NCBI GenBank assembly: GCA_964342815.1
Contig: CAYFHS010000024.1
Coordinates: 1-50,698 of the forward strand
DNA length: 50,698 bases
Source of the DNA: an uncultured archaeon
Lineage (GTDB): Archaea > Thermoplasmatota > Penumbrarchaeia > JASLWR01
Reading direction: 5' to 3'
Shown: positions 7,844-16,171 of the stretch, piece by piece
Position numbering within the stretch: position 1 is the stretch's first letter
How the letters are laid out: each line of letters starts with the position of its first letter
The notes under the pieces: generated by a model
Databases searched by the model: none
What the model saw: only the letters and a program-made list of their open reading frames with translations
What the model was told of the DNA's origin: nothing
Translations under genes and position numbers: made by a program

Positions 7844-8065
7844 ATGAGATTGGCGAGAGCAGAAAGATTTATGAGAAGAACTTGTTCTAGAGAAAGACTT
7901 ATAATGTTGTTCATTAATTGGCTTCATATGACAGATGAAGGATTCGATTTCGCGTTGGATGCTTTGATCCGAAATGGTGTTGTAATTCAAATACCCGATT
8001 CTGAGGAAAGACTTGCATATTATGTCAATCCTCGGTTCAATTCTTTTAAGGTTTGTAATAATTAA
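7844..8065 (+). CDS. Small hypothetical protein, possibly a degraded winged-helix gene
   Basis: FDFALDALIRNGVV...YYVNP resembles a wHTH helix and wing; the 5' end is uncertain. Confidence 0.3.
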   Translation: MRLARAERFMRRTCSRERLIMLFINWLHMTDEGFDFALDALIRNGVVIQIPDSEERLAYYVNPRFNSFKVCNN

Positions 8066-8105
8066 TGTCATGGATGATTCGCTAATGCAAAGGAGGGTGA
8101 AGAAA

Positions 8106-8393
8106 ATGGCAAATGTAAATTACGATGAAGGAACAATTCAATTAGCCAATGACTGGTATGCCGCAGAAGGATTAAAAAATAAGATCGCTGATATGCTTGC
8201 TTCTGGTAATTATAAGATAAGCAACTATGCCACTGCGCTGGAAGAATTGGATGGAAAGATGGAGGGATCCGAATCTATATCTGCAGTTTTGACTGCAAAG
8301 ATATTGGATGGGTTGAAAAAGATCAGTTCAAAATCTTCCAAAAGTATGGGTGACTGTATCAGAGAAGCTTTAACCATATACTTACGCCCTTGA
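8106..8393 (+). CDS. Protein with a C-terminal ribbon-helix-helix (CopG-like) domain
   Basis: SD GGAGGGTG before the ATG at 8106; ISAVLTAKILDGLKKIS...SMGDCIREALTIYL fits the RHH pattern. Confidence 0.65.
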   Translation: MANVNYDEGTIQLANDWYAAEGLKNKIADMLASGNYKISNYATALEELDGKMEGSESISAVLTAKILDGLKKISSKSSKSMGDCIREALTIYLRP

Positions 8394-8654
8394 AATATCC
8401 TTGCGTGGGGCATCCGATCAATGCAACTATGATGCTTCGAAGACGATCTTTCTCAATATCATGTTCTATCAAAGGATGGACTTACTTGAAATGAAGATGG
8501 AATTTTGCAGGAGGGTTTTCGAAAAGAACAAGTTCTAGTTGCTTCGTCCGGGTTTAATTTACATCTCTATATGTTTCAAAAACAAACGACTTAATCAAAC
8601 ATATAGCTTTTCGTTTCAATTTTTAAAGACCTATTACTAAAAGATCAAGAACAG

Positions 8655-8990
8655 AAGGCTTTACTTGAAAAGTCGGGTACTACTCCGGCTTGAAAGTGTG
8701 ACACGCCAAGGGGTGTGTCTTCACTTGTAAAGACGGGAACAAAGTGACTGTCTTCTTGGTAAAGTTGAGCCAGAATGGGTCGGCTTTACACGTAAAGTCA
8801 TCACTTGACAAGGCTTGAACGGAAATGCCCGGTCAAGTGCGATCTACCCCGATGCTATCGGTGGGTACATCTACATTGGTGAGCCAGGATGGGTCACCTT
8901 AACCGGGGCCCCAATTCACGCTATAATCGGGCATTGTAGATATGGCACACTAAATCAAATTCCAAGCCATCGCTTGAAAAGAAAGCGCTT
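8655..8990 (+). ncRNA. Candidate structured non-coding RNA or structured ssDNA element; family unknown, strand inferred
   Basis: At least seven hairpins, two with the same apical motif on different stems; TATA-like TTTTAAAG near 8621. Confidence 0.5.
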
Positions 8991-8993
8991 CAG

Positions 8994-9203
8994 TTATCCC
9001 TCGTACTTGAAGGATAGCTTTATTCGAGCCCGAAACGAAACGATTTTGTTGTCAATGATCTTTGTGTCAAGTTTTTCAACTTCACAAATTCGGATATCTC
9101 GAAGGGTTTCTGCAGCCTTGGATACCGCATTGCTTACGGCCTCTTCCCAGCTGTTTTCCGACGAGCCAACAAGCTCTATTACCTTATAAATGCTTTCAGT
9201 CAT
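8994..9203 (-). CDS. Dodecin (flavin-binding)
   Basis: YKVIELVGSSENSWEEAVSNAV.KA..TLR...KLSFK is the dodecin signature; 69 aa. Confidence 0.92.
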   Translation of the reverse strand: MTESIYKVIELVGSSENSWEEAVSNAVSKAAETLRDIRICEVEKLDTKIIDNKIVSFRARIKLSFKYEG

Positions 9204-9514
9204 GTTATATCACCTCTGAGTTATCAATATAAGAAGGATATATAATAAATTGTTGGTATCATATTGTCAAATGGGCGAACCTTGACAGAATGAATCGTGA
9301 ATTGGAAAATTCACTTCAACCGACATAACATGAATTTCAATTTCTAGGCTCTGTGATGGCCTATATTGGGCCTCTGGGAACCGGGTAAAGTTTTGGTAGA
9401 ACAGAATACATTTTTGGTTCACTCTATCAGTAATTGCTCGTTTCAGATACTGCGGGAGAATTGAAACGAGATTGGAATGATTATATAGAATGAAGACGGA
9501 TACAATGGAATAAT

Positions 9515-10132
9515 ATGGAAACAGAAGACAAGTATTATCGGGCACCATTGGGTGCTGGAACACTGATTATCACGATATTTGCTATAATATTAATATCATT
9601 CACAATATATTTGACTCTGGCAACTGCTACTTATATTGCAGCATTTTATACACCTATAATAATTTTGATTCTTCTTATTTCATATCTACCAGTTCCAGAT
9701 GGATATTACCTAAGTAAAGAAGGAATTGTAATCTCTCGAAGAATCCATGATATATCAATCCCTTATGATACTATATCTGATATCGAGTATAAGCATAACA
9801 GAATTCTTTTTAGTTTTTTTTCAGTTGGGAATAGAGGTTGGTTTGGCTGGGCTTGCAGTGCTTACTATATTAGATATGGGTGGGTAAAGATCTACAGCAG
9901 GAAGATATCAAATATCGTGCTCATCTATACGAAATCGGGGGGGAACTATGCTCTTGCACCAGAGAATCCGGAAGATTTCGTGAGCGATATCAAATCAAAG
10001 ATTAAAATAACTGGAAAAGACCACTATCGCGATTTAAGCGTTGAGCAAAGGATTGAAGGAGAAATGAGATATCTTGGGTTTATAGAAGAAAAGAAAGAAG
10101 AACCAGAATTCGCTGAAGTAATTGATTTTTAA
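9515..10132 (+). CDS. Membrane protein with a bacterial PH-like domain
   Basis: Two N-terminal TMs, then IPYDTISDI..GNRGWFGWAC.Y...YGWVKIY......VLI.T...NYALAPENPEDF. Confidence 0.65.
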   Translation: METEDKYYRAPLGAGTLIITIFAIILISFTIYLTLATATYIAAFYTPIIILILLISYLPVPDGYYLSKEGIVISRRIHDISIPYDTISDIEYKHNRILFSFFSVGNRGWFGWACSAYYIRYGWVKIYSRKISNIVLIYTKSGGNYALAPENPEDFVSDIKSKIKITGKDHYRDLSVEQRIEGEMRYLGFIEEKKEEPEFAEVIDF

Positions 10133-10363
10133 CTTCTCAATACTGAATATGACAAGGTGTCTGCTAGGGTCTCAATAGGACGTTCTTAGGATCCGGATAG
10201 TGTGGGTAGGTGGAAGGATGACTAAGGCCGAACATATGTCTAAAACAACAGTATCCAGAACTCTTGGAAGCTATGAACAGAGATGTAAAGAATTTATAAG
10301 ATGAAATTGATGGGTCACCATCGATACTCTCATTATATTCTATCATCAAAGGTTTGTGAATGA

Positions 10364-11353
10364 ATGACTCATATTCAAACGAATAAAGGTATAAAGATCA
10401 TTTTCATCGCACTCATTGTCCTGATCGGACTTGGGATTATCAGCTCATTTGTACAGGAAAATCTGTTCAGAAGTATGATAAGAAGCAGATCCTCGGGAAG
10501 TTTTTCTGATACTATGGAGACCATCGACACATTATATGATGTATTCCATATATTTACGCTGCTCCTGATGTGTTTGGTTTTGTACGGAGCCTATACTGTA
10601 TATAAGGACGGCTCTGGTTTCAGCGAAACGCATAAACAGAAAACTAAGATCGGCTTGGTTTTTATAGGTATTTGGGTAGTATTTTCTGTTTTTTTCTTTT
10701 TAAGAGAGAATGGCTACCTGTATCTTTTCACCTACACGATATCCAGTATCGCATATGCAATAGGGATGTATTTATTGGTAATGGAGATTGCTCCCAAGTT
10801 CCAAAAGAAAATAATGTTGATAGGAATGATATTCATAATAGCGTCTGGTATTTTCCTATTGATTTCTTCTAAGCTATACATAGGAGCAGGGGCGTCAAGC
10901 GTTCTCGGCAGTATCGGAAGGATATTATTCATTGTTGCCTTTGTCGAGATATACTTCATCTTGACCGGGAATGATGTAGGATTACCTGAAGAGTTAACTA
11001 AAGTGACCGTTGAGAAGAAAGAAGAAGATAGTGGAGATATTAAGGACGAAGTAATACCTATTGAAGACATTAAGGATGAAGAAAAACCTGCTGTAGATAT
11101 CATAGATGAAGTGAAAGAAAAAGAAGAAAGCCACACATTCATGGATAGGATATTGGAAGATCGGACCAAGGAACTAGTGATCAACGAATACGCGGAAAAG
11201 TTCAATATTTCCTTACAACATGCCGAAGTTATATTCACATCGGGTTACTATAAAATAGAAGATCTTAATAGCTCAAGTATCGAGGAATTATTGATTATTG
11301 ATGAGATAAATCCAACAATTGCAAGAAAGATTGTAAATTATTTTAAGGATTAG
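10364..11353 (+). CDS. Multi-pass membrane protein with an acidic linker and C-terminal helix-hairpin-helix
   Basis: About six TM segments; SGYYKIEDL...SIEELL.IDEINPTIARKI is HhH-like. Confidence 0.65.
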   Translation: MTHIQTNKGIKIIFIALIVLIGLGIISSFVQENLFRSMIRSRSSGSFSDTMETIDTLYDVFHIFTLLLMCLVLYGAYTVYKDGSGFSETHKQKTKIGLVFIGIWVVFSVFFFLRENGYLYLFTYTISSIAYAIGMYLLVMEIAPKFQKKIMLIGMIFIIASGIFLLISSKLYIGAGASSVLGSIGRILFIVAFVEIYFILTGNDVGLPEELTKVTVEKKEEDSGDIKDEVIPIEDIKDEEKPAVDIIDEVKEKEESHTFMDRILEDRTKELVINEYAEKFNISLQHAEVIFTSGYYKIEDLNSSSIEELLIIDEINPTIARKIVNYFKD

Positions 11354-11865
11354 TGTCTGAAATAAATTCTCTGATGTCCCAGTAACGGGAAGAGTGAGTT
11401 ATTTCACTACGATGGATCTACTTGAAGTATATCTAATGGTTCTATACATTTGTGAGGCTATCACCTGCTGGTCGATATTCCTTTGTATTATGTTTGTTTT
11501 TCTTTAATAATAGTACTTTTCGATCTATCAAAGGGCGTCTCGGTGACTGTGATCACCTCTATTCTAACAACGGGGTGATATTGGAAAATGTGGATTTGTT
11601 AAAAGATTGTTTAGAGGGAAGGGGAGAGTAAAAAATTTTTTAAGGTATTTGGCCGGTGTCGGTTTCGGAGCCGTAAAAAGCGGGATATAAGATTTCAACT
11701 CAGGTGGAGTTTATTGGAGTGCGAAAATTCCATTGGATATCAAAGTTATTTAGTATTATAAAATAAATATATGAAAAAGTTTCACTCGATTTTGATTCTA
11801 TTTTACGTTGTGGTTAGAGTTTGTGTCGTTTAAGATGAACAATATTCAAATGTGGGTTGTTCATT

Positions 11866-12195
11866 TTATCGTTTATAAGTGTCTCTTCTTACTTTTCCTG
11901 TGTCCATATCTATGGTAACATTGATTGGTTCTTCCCAATCCAGTACCAGATTGATAACAACAGCTCTGTTTCGATAACTCACATTTAGCTCCGAGACCTG
12001 AGACTTGTAAACCTTGTATCTTTTCCCATCGGAAGATAGTAATTTTCCCTCGCATTTCAATAAACCGGTTTCTTCCAATTCTCTTACTTTACGGTAACAG
12101 GTGGCAAGCGGGATGAAGTACAAGAATGCCATATCTCTTACGCTCAAAGCTTTTCTTGATGTGGAAGAAAGTATCTTGAGGTTATATTGATCCAT
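11866..12195 (-). CDS. Winged-helix (ArsR/HTH_20-like) transcriptional regulator; true start uncertain
   Basis: LSVRDMA...IPLATCYRKVRELEETGLL...DGKRYKVYKS. Confidence 0.8.
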   Translation of the reverse strand: MDQYNLKILSSTSRKALSVRDMAFLYFIPLATCYRKVRELEETGLLKCEGKLLSSDGKRYKVYKSQVSELNVSYRNRAVVINLVLDWEEPINVTIDMDTGKVRRDTYKR

Positions 12196-12323
12196 TAAAA
12201 GCTGTGCAATATTCAGTTCACGGATCTCGATATTTTCTCAGACATCGATAATTCTTTCCTGCATGATCACACCAAATATTCTATATTCTTATATTTATAC
12301 CTCCGATTCACTAAAATAAATCA

Positions 12324-12965
12324 TCACCTCAGTGTAATAAATCTAGTTTCATATACTGGCGGTGTGGTGATCTCCGCTCGGGTCGGGATGCCGTGCTTGG
12401 TAATTATCTTTATGCTAAATGTTTCCTGAATGCCAATCGATAAGCCGGTCTCATTACAGTCGATGTAGAATACCGCTACATCGCCCGGTGTCATCAGTCC
12501 AGTGGTAGAAGATACGTTCAAAGGTGCCATATCCCTTAATGGACGAGACTCGAAACTATCTGCATCGGCAGCTGCACCCCACACCGCTCCGGAGTCAACC
12601 CAGGTAAGGGTTGCATCTGTTGAATCATCATTTATCTCTATAATAACATCAGACACGTTGATGTTTGGGCTTCCGGCCAATAGGCTCACCTTTACCTTCA
12701 ATTGATTGATTATTGTGTCTGCAAAACTATCTGCGTTGTTTCGATCTCCGACCACATTAATCAATTTGAAACCGGTTGATACTTCTTCTAACGTGGATTT
12801 TCCGGTTTTTTCAGCCTGTTGCTGCATGCTAAAAGCTGTCGAAATAAGCACCGCTGCTGCTACAATGGCAACGATGATCATAGCGATGAACACTATCAAC
12901 GTGCCAACTCCCATTTCGGCATTCTTATTTAACAGAATTTTCGTTTTTCCTCTGGTGTTTCCCAT
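12324..12965 (-). CDS. flaB: Archaellin (archaeal flagellin)
   Basis: Class III signal peptide and N-terminal helix KNAEMGVGTLIVFIAMIIVAIVAAAVLI; AEKTGK..LEEVS. Confidence 0.92.
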   Translation of the reverse strand: MGNTRGKTKILLNKNAEMGVGTLIVFIAMIIVAIVAAAVLISTAFSMQQQAEKTGKSTLEEVSTGFKLINVVGDRNNADSFADTIINQLKVKVSLLAGSPNINVSDVIIEINDDSTDATLTWVDSGAVWGAAADADSFESRPLRDMAPLNVSSTTGLMTPGDVAVFYIDCNETGLSIGIQETFSIKIITKHGIPTRAEITTPPVYETRFITLR

Positions 12966-13120
12966 TTTTCATCCCTCGCTTGCTTTTTTCACATCCCAAA
13001 CCGCTGATAATTGCTGGTATTATTTCATCGGCGGGCTAGTAAATAATTAAGGATCTATCTTATTTTTGAGAATTAGTACTGATTATGCATATTAATTATA
13101 CGAAATAATTACAACCTCTA

Positions 13121-13151
13121 ATAATCAAAGGTGATTATCATTTTTGATAAT
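13121..13151. promoter_or_regulatory. Two overlapping 7-4-7 inverted repeats (candidate operator) in the divergent region upstream of flaB
   Basis: ATAATCA-AAGG-TGATTAT (13121-13138) and ATTATCA-TTTT-TGATAAT (13134-13151). Confidence 0.4.
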
Positions 13152-13404
13152 TGATCGTTTATTGAATTTCTTATGAAACCAGTTTTCATAAATTTCATGT
13201 CAGATCGAAATGAAAGATTGCATGATTTTTATTGTTTAATAAGAGTGTCAAATAAATTTTTTAATTACCCGTTTGCTTCTTGTTCAATTTAAAAACCCTG
13301 GAAACGCTGAATTCCACAGAATCATTTACTGGTCGCCGGGATTTCATATCTTCATTTTACCCAAAGTATTCTGTCATGTAAAATTATTTATCCGATGTGA
13401 AATA

Positions 13405-14592
13405 ATGGTTTCAACGATGGATCCGTGGACGATATTCATTATTGGCTTTGCTGTATTTGCCTGTCTCTTCTTTATCTATGTGATAATCTGGGGCATCAGA
13501 GGCCTGTCCAGCAAAGATGACGATAACCCGGTCCACATCAAGGACTCATCATGGCAGCCCATCGAGTCCAGGTACGCCAGCCAATACCCGACCCCGCAGC
13601 AGGCTTATTCACCTTATCCGGCTTATCCGCAAAGCGCAGTGTCATGGGATCCCTACGATAATTATCTAGACGGGTATTACAACCCCTACCAGCAGTATCC
13701 TTATCCCGAAGTTGCCTGGGACGATGGTCATAGCTATCAGGAAGAATACACCGTCCCGCCGCCCCGCATTGTCCCGAAGATGCCGAAGGAATATTCCAAA
13801 CCGGGATCCCCCGAGATGAACTACAATGTCGATTACTCATCCGTGGCTCCACCGAAACCTCCGCGCCCTCCTGCTCAATACGTAGGAAAGTTCGCAACTG
13901 AGGGGATGCATGACATCGTAAAACTCGTTGAGAACCACGGTGGGATTACAGCAACGGGGTATCCCGCGTTTGCTTCCTCCGAGCAAAAAGCGTTGGGACC
14001 CGCTAACATGGCCGACCAGCAGTTCTATAATGTGAGAGATTACGCCTATACCGCCGAAGATATAATGCCTGCAGCTTCTGTTCCGGGACCTGATTACGCA
14101 GCTGACGAGGTCAAAGAAAATTTACCTGTTCTCGAGATGGTGCCTTCGGAAGGACAAGGCCCTCGTATCGAAAAGAGGATACGACCTATAAAACAAACTC
14201 TAAAAGAATCCACGAAATGCAACGTCTGCCTGGGCTTTATCAAAACCGGTCTCCCCCTGATTACATGTGTATGTTCCAAGAGTTTTCACGTTTCATGCGC
14301 TTACAGAATGGAGCGCTGCCCCATTTGCAACCAAGACCTTTTAAGCTACGACGATATCGTTGTGGATGAATCACCTGAAGAGATCACACTCAAACCGTTG
14401 GACGATACGATGTCTCCCGGGGAGCTTCAACCGCCCATGGAGGATAAGCAACCTGATATGGATTCACCCATCCATCGAACCATGTCATCACTGACCGATC
14501 AACAGAAAGAAAGACTGAAGAGTCTCCTTAGTAAATACGAGACCGGCCGCGTATATAAACCCCTTGCGACCTCGGATATTTTGTCGGATTAA
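13405..14592 (+). CDS. Single-TM protein with a Pro/Tyr-rich region and a C4HC3 RING-like zinc finger (ORF track opens at 13273)
   Basis: TM WTIFIIGFAVFACLFFIYVIIW; motif C-x2-C-x12-C-x-C-x4-H-x2-C-x6-C-x2-C at 14218-14328. Confidence 0.7.
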   Translation: MVSTMDPWTIFIIGFAVFACLFFIYVIIWGIRGLSSKDDDNPVHIKDSSWQPIESRYASQYPTPQQAYSPYPAYPQSAVSWDPYDNYLDGYYNPYQQYPYPEVAWDDGHSYQEEYTVPPPRIVPKMPKEYSKPGSPEMNYNVDYSSVAPPKPPRPPAQYVGKFATEGMHDIVKLVENHGGITATGYPAFASSEQKALGPANMADQQFYNVRDYAYTAEDIMPAASVPGPDYAADEVKENLPVLEMVPSEGQGPRIEKRIRPIKQTLKESTKCNVCLGFIKTGLPLITCVCSKSFHVSCAYRMERCPICNQDLLSYDDIVVDESPEEITLKPLDDTMSPGELQPPMEDKQPDMDSPIHRTMSSLTDQQKERLKSLLSKYETGRVYKPLATSDILSD

Positions 14593-14605
14593 TCCTGCTG
14601 AAACT

Positions 14606-16171
14606 TCATTGGCCGTAGCCGCCGCCTCCCGGCGTTTCCACTATCAGCCTGTCGCCCTTTTTCACTTTGATATTAACTTTCGATGGCAGAATGATCTTCT
14701 CATCATTTTTGATCAGTATATTTTTACCGGGGTTTCCGGGTCCGCCGCCGTTCAAACCCCAAGGACCGTTTTTTCTTCTTTCCGAAAGTAATGAGACCTC
14801 GGCATCCCCGCAAAACTCATACTCCCTTATTATCCCGTCCCCGCCCTTGTGGATACCAGTGCCTCCCGAGCCTTTTCGTATCTGGTATTTTGTTACACGG
14901 AAAGGATATGCATGCTCAAGTGCTTCCACAGGAGTGTTCAGCGTATTTGTCATATGGCTGTGTACAGCATCGACCCCGTTCCCATGAGCACTGGCCCCCG
15001 TACCACCTCCAATGGTCTCGTAATAAGTGAATTCCTCCCCATTTCTTTGGTCTACTCCGCCGATGGATACGTTGTTCATGGTCCCTTGGCTTGCGGATGG
15101 AATTTCACCCGTAAGTACCTTTGAAAGTGCCAGAAAAATAACGTCCGTGATACGCTGGGATGTTTCCACGTTCCCACCTGCAACTGCTGCAGGATATGAA
15201 GCGTTCACTATACTTTTCTCCGGAAGGATTAATTTGATAGGTCTGAAAATTCCCGAATTCGTCGGTATATCCTCATTAACCAGACATCGGAGAACGTAGA
15301 AGGCTGCCGAGCGGGTAACGGCGTGAACAGCATTGATATTTCCCCTCACCTGTTGGGCACTTCCCGTAAAATCCATTGTGATTTCATCATCCAGTACTGT
15401 GATTGTCAGGATGATGGGTATATTTTCATTATCCATACCATCGTCATCCAGATGATCGAGAGCGGTATAGCTGCCATTCGGAATCCGGGAGATCAATTCA
15501 CGTACCATGCGCTCGGAATGATCCTGCAATGCACTCATGTAGAATAGAACCTCATCCAGTGAATATTTTTCTACCAGGTTCAATAGTCTTTTCTTGCCAA
15601 CGGCAATTGCTGCCAGCTGCGCCAAAAAGTCCCCTTTTCTCTCTTCAGGATTCCTCACCCTGGACATCATGTCTTTCAACAGGATTTTGTTCAATCTCCC
15701 GCTTAGAAGCAGTTTCGTAGGAGGGATGATGATCCCTTCATCTTCTATCCGTGTGCATAGGCCCATTGAACCGAAGGTTTTTCCTCCCACGTCACAGTGA
15801 TGTGCGCGATTGGCCATGTAGAATGATGGTTTATTATTATTTTTGATAAATATCGGTTCAACGAAGGTGATATCGGGCAGGTGTGTACCTCCCATGTATG
15901 GATCGTTGAGTATGACGCAGTCTCCCTTTGACATATCCACGGTTTCGATTATTTTTTTAACCGATTCCGGAGTGGAACCAAGATGTACGGGTAGGTGAGC
16001 CGCTTGGGCTGCTATATCGCCATTTGCGTCGAACAGAGCGCATGAGAAATCACGTCTTTCCTTGATATTGGGCGAGTAACCCGTCCGCTGAAGTACCGTG
16101 CCCATCTCTTCCGCCACCGATGAAAGGAGATTTCGGAATATCTCTAATTTTATGATATTTACTGCTGGCAT
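14606..16171 (-). CDS. hyuB: Hydantoinase B / oxoprolinase family protein
   Basis: SPNIKERRDFSCALFD, PVHLGS, NDPYMGGTHLPD, HHCDVGG, GGNVETSQR and TPGGGGYG. Confidence 0.92.
   Translation of the reverse strand: MPAVNIIKLEIFRNLLSSVAEEMGTVLQRTGYSPNIKERRDFSCALFDANGDIAAQAAHLPVHLGSTPESVKKIIETVDMSKGDCVILNDPYMGGTHLPDITFVEPIFIKNNNKPSFYMANRAHHCDVGGKTFGSMGLCTRIEDEGIIIPPTKLLLSGRLNKILLKDMMSRVRNPEERKGDFLAQLAAIAVGKKRLLNLVEKYSLDEVLFYMSALQDHSERMVRELISRIPNGSYTALDHLDDDGMDNENIPIILTITVLDDEITMDFTGSAQQVRGNINAVHAVTRSAAFYVLRCLVNEDIPTNSGIFRPIKLILPEKSIVNASYPAAVAGGNVETSQRITDVIFLALSKVLTGEIPSASQGTMNNVSIGGVDQRNGEEFTYYETIGGGTGASAHGNGVDAVHSHMTNTLNTPVEALEHAYPFRVTKYQIRKGSGGTGIHKGGDGIIREYEFCGDAEVSLLSERRKNGPWGLNGGGPGNPGKNILIKNDEKIILPSKVNIKVKKGDRLIVETPGGGGYGQ

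Larger units (their letters stand above)
2643..8650. mobile_element. AT-rich accessory island adjacent to tRNA-Pro (boundaries approximate, no intact integrase)
   Basis: Visibly lower GC than the flanking housekeeping genes; AlbA_2, RHH and orphan membrane genes; gene remnants; repeated junction sequences. Confidence 0.5.

Noticed and set aside
6589-8686. Shared 12-mer GGGTACTACTCC at 6589 and 8675
   Set aside because: A single short match with divergent flanks; it could be chance and is not enough to define a repeat family.
8640-8990. RNase P RNA, SRP RNA, FMN riboswitch (dodecin is adjacent) or group II intron domain V
   Set aside because: The diagnostic motifs (GAGGAAAGTCC with the P4 3' strand, the SRP helix 8 GGAA/AGCA loop, the FMN GGTGAAATTCC arms, the DV AGC triad stem) are missing on both strands.
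10140-10350. 61 aa minus-strand ORF or plus-strand gene remnant
   Set aside because: No recognisable domain, and the plus frame is broken by stops.
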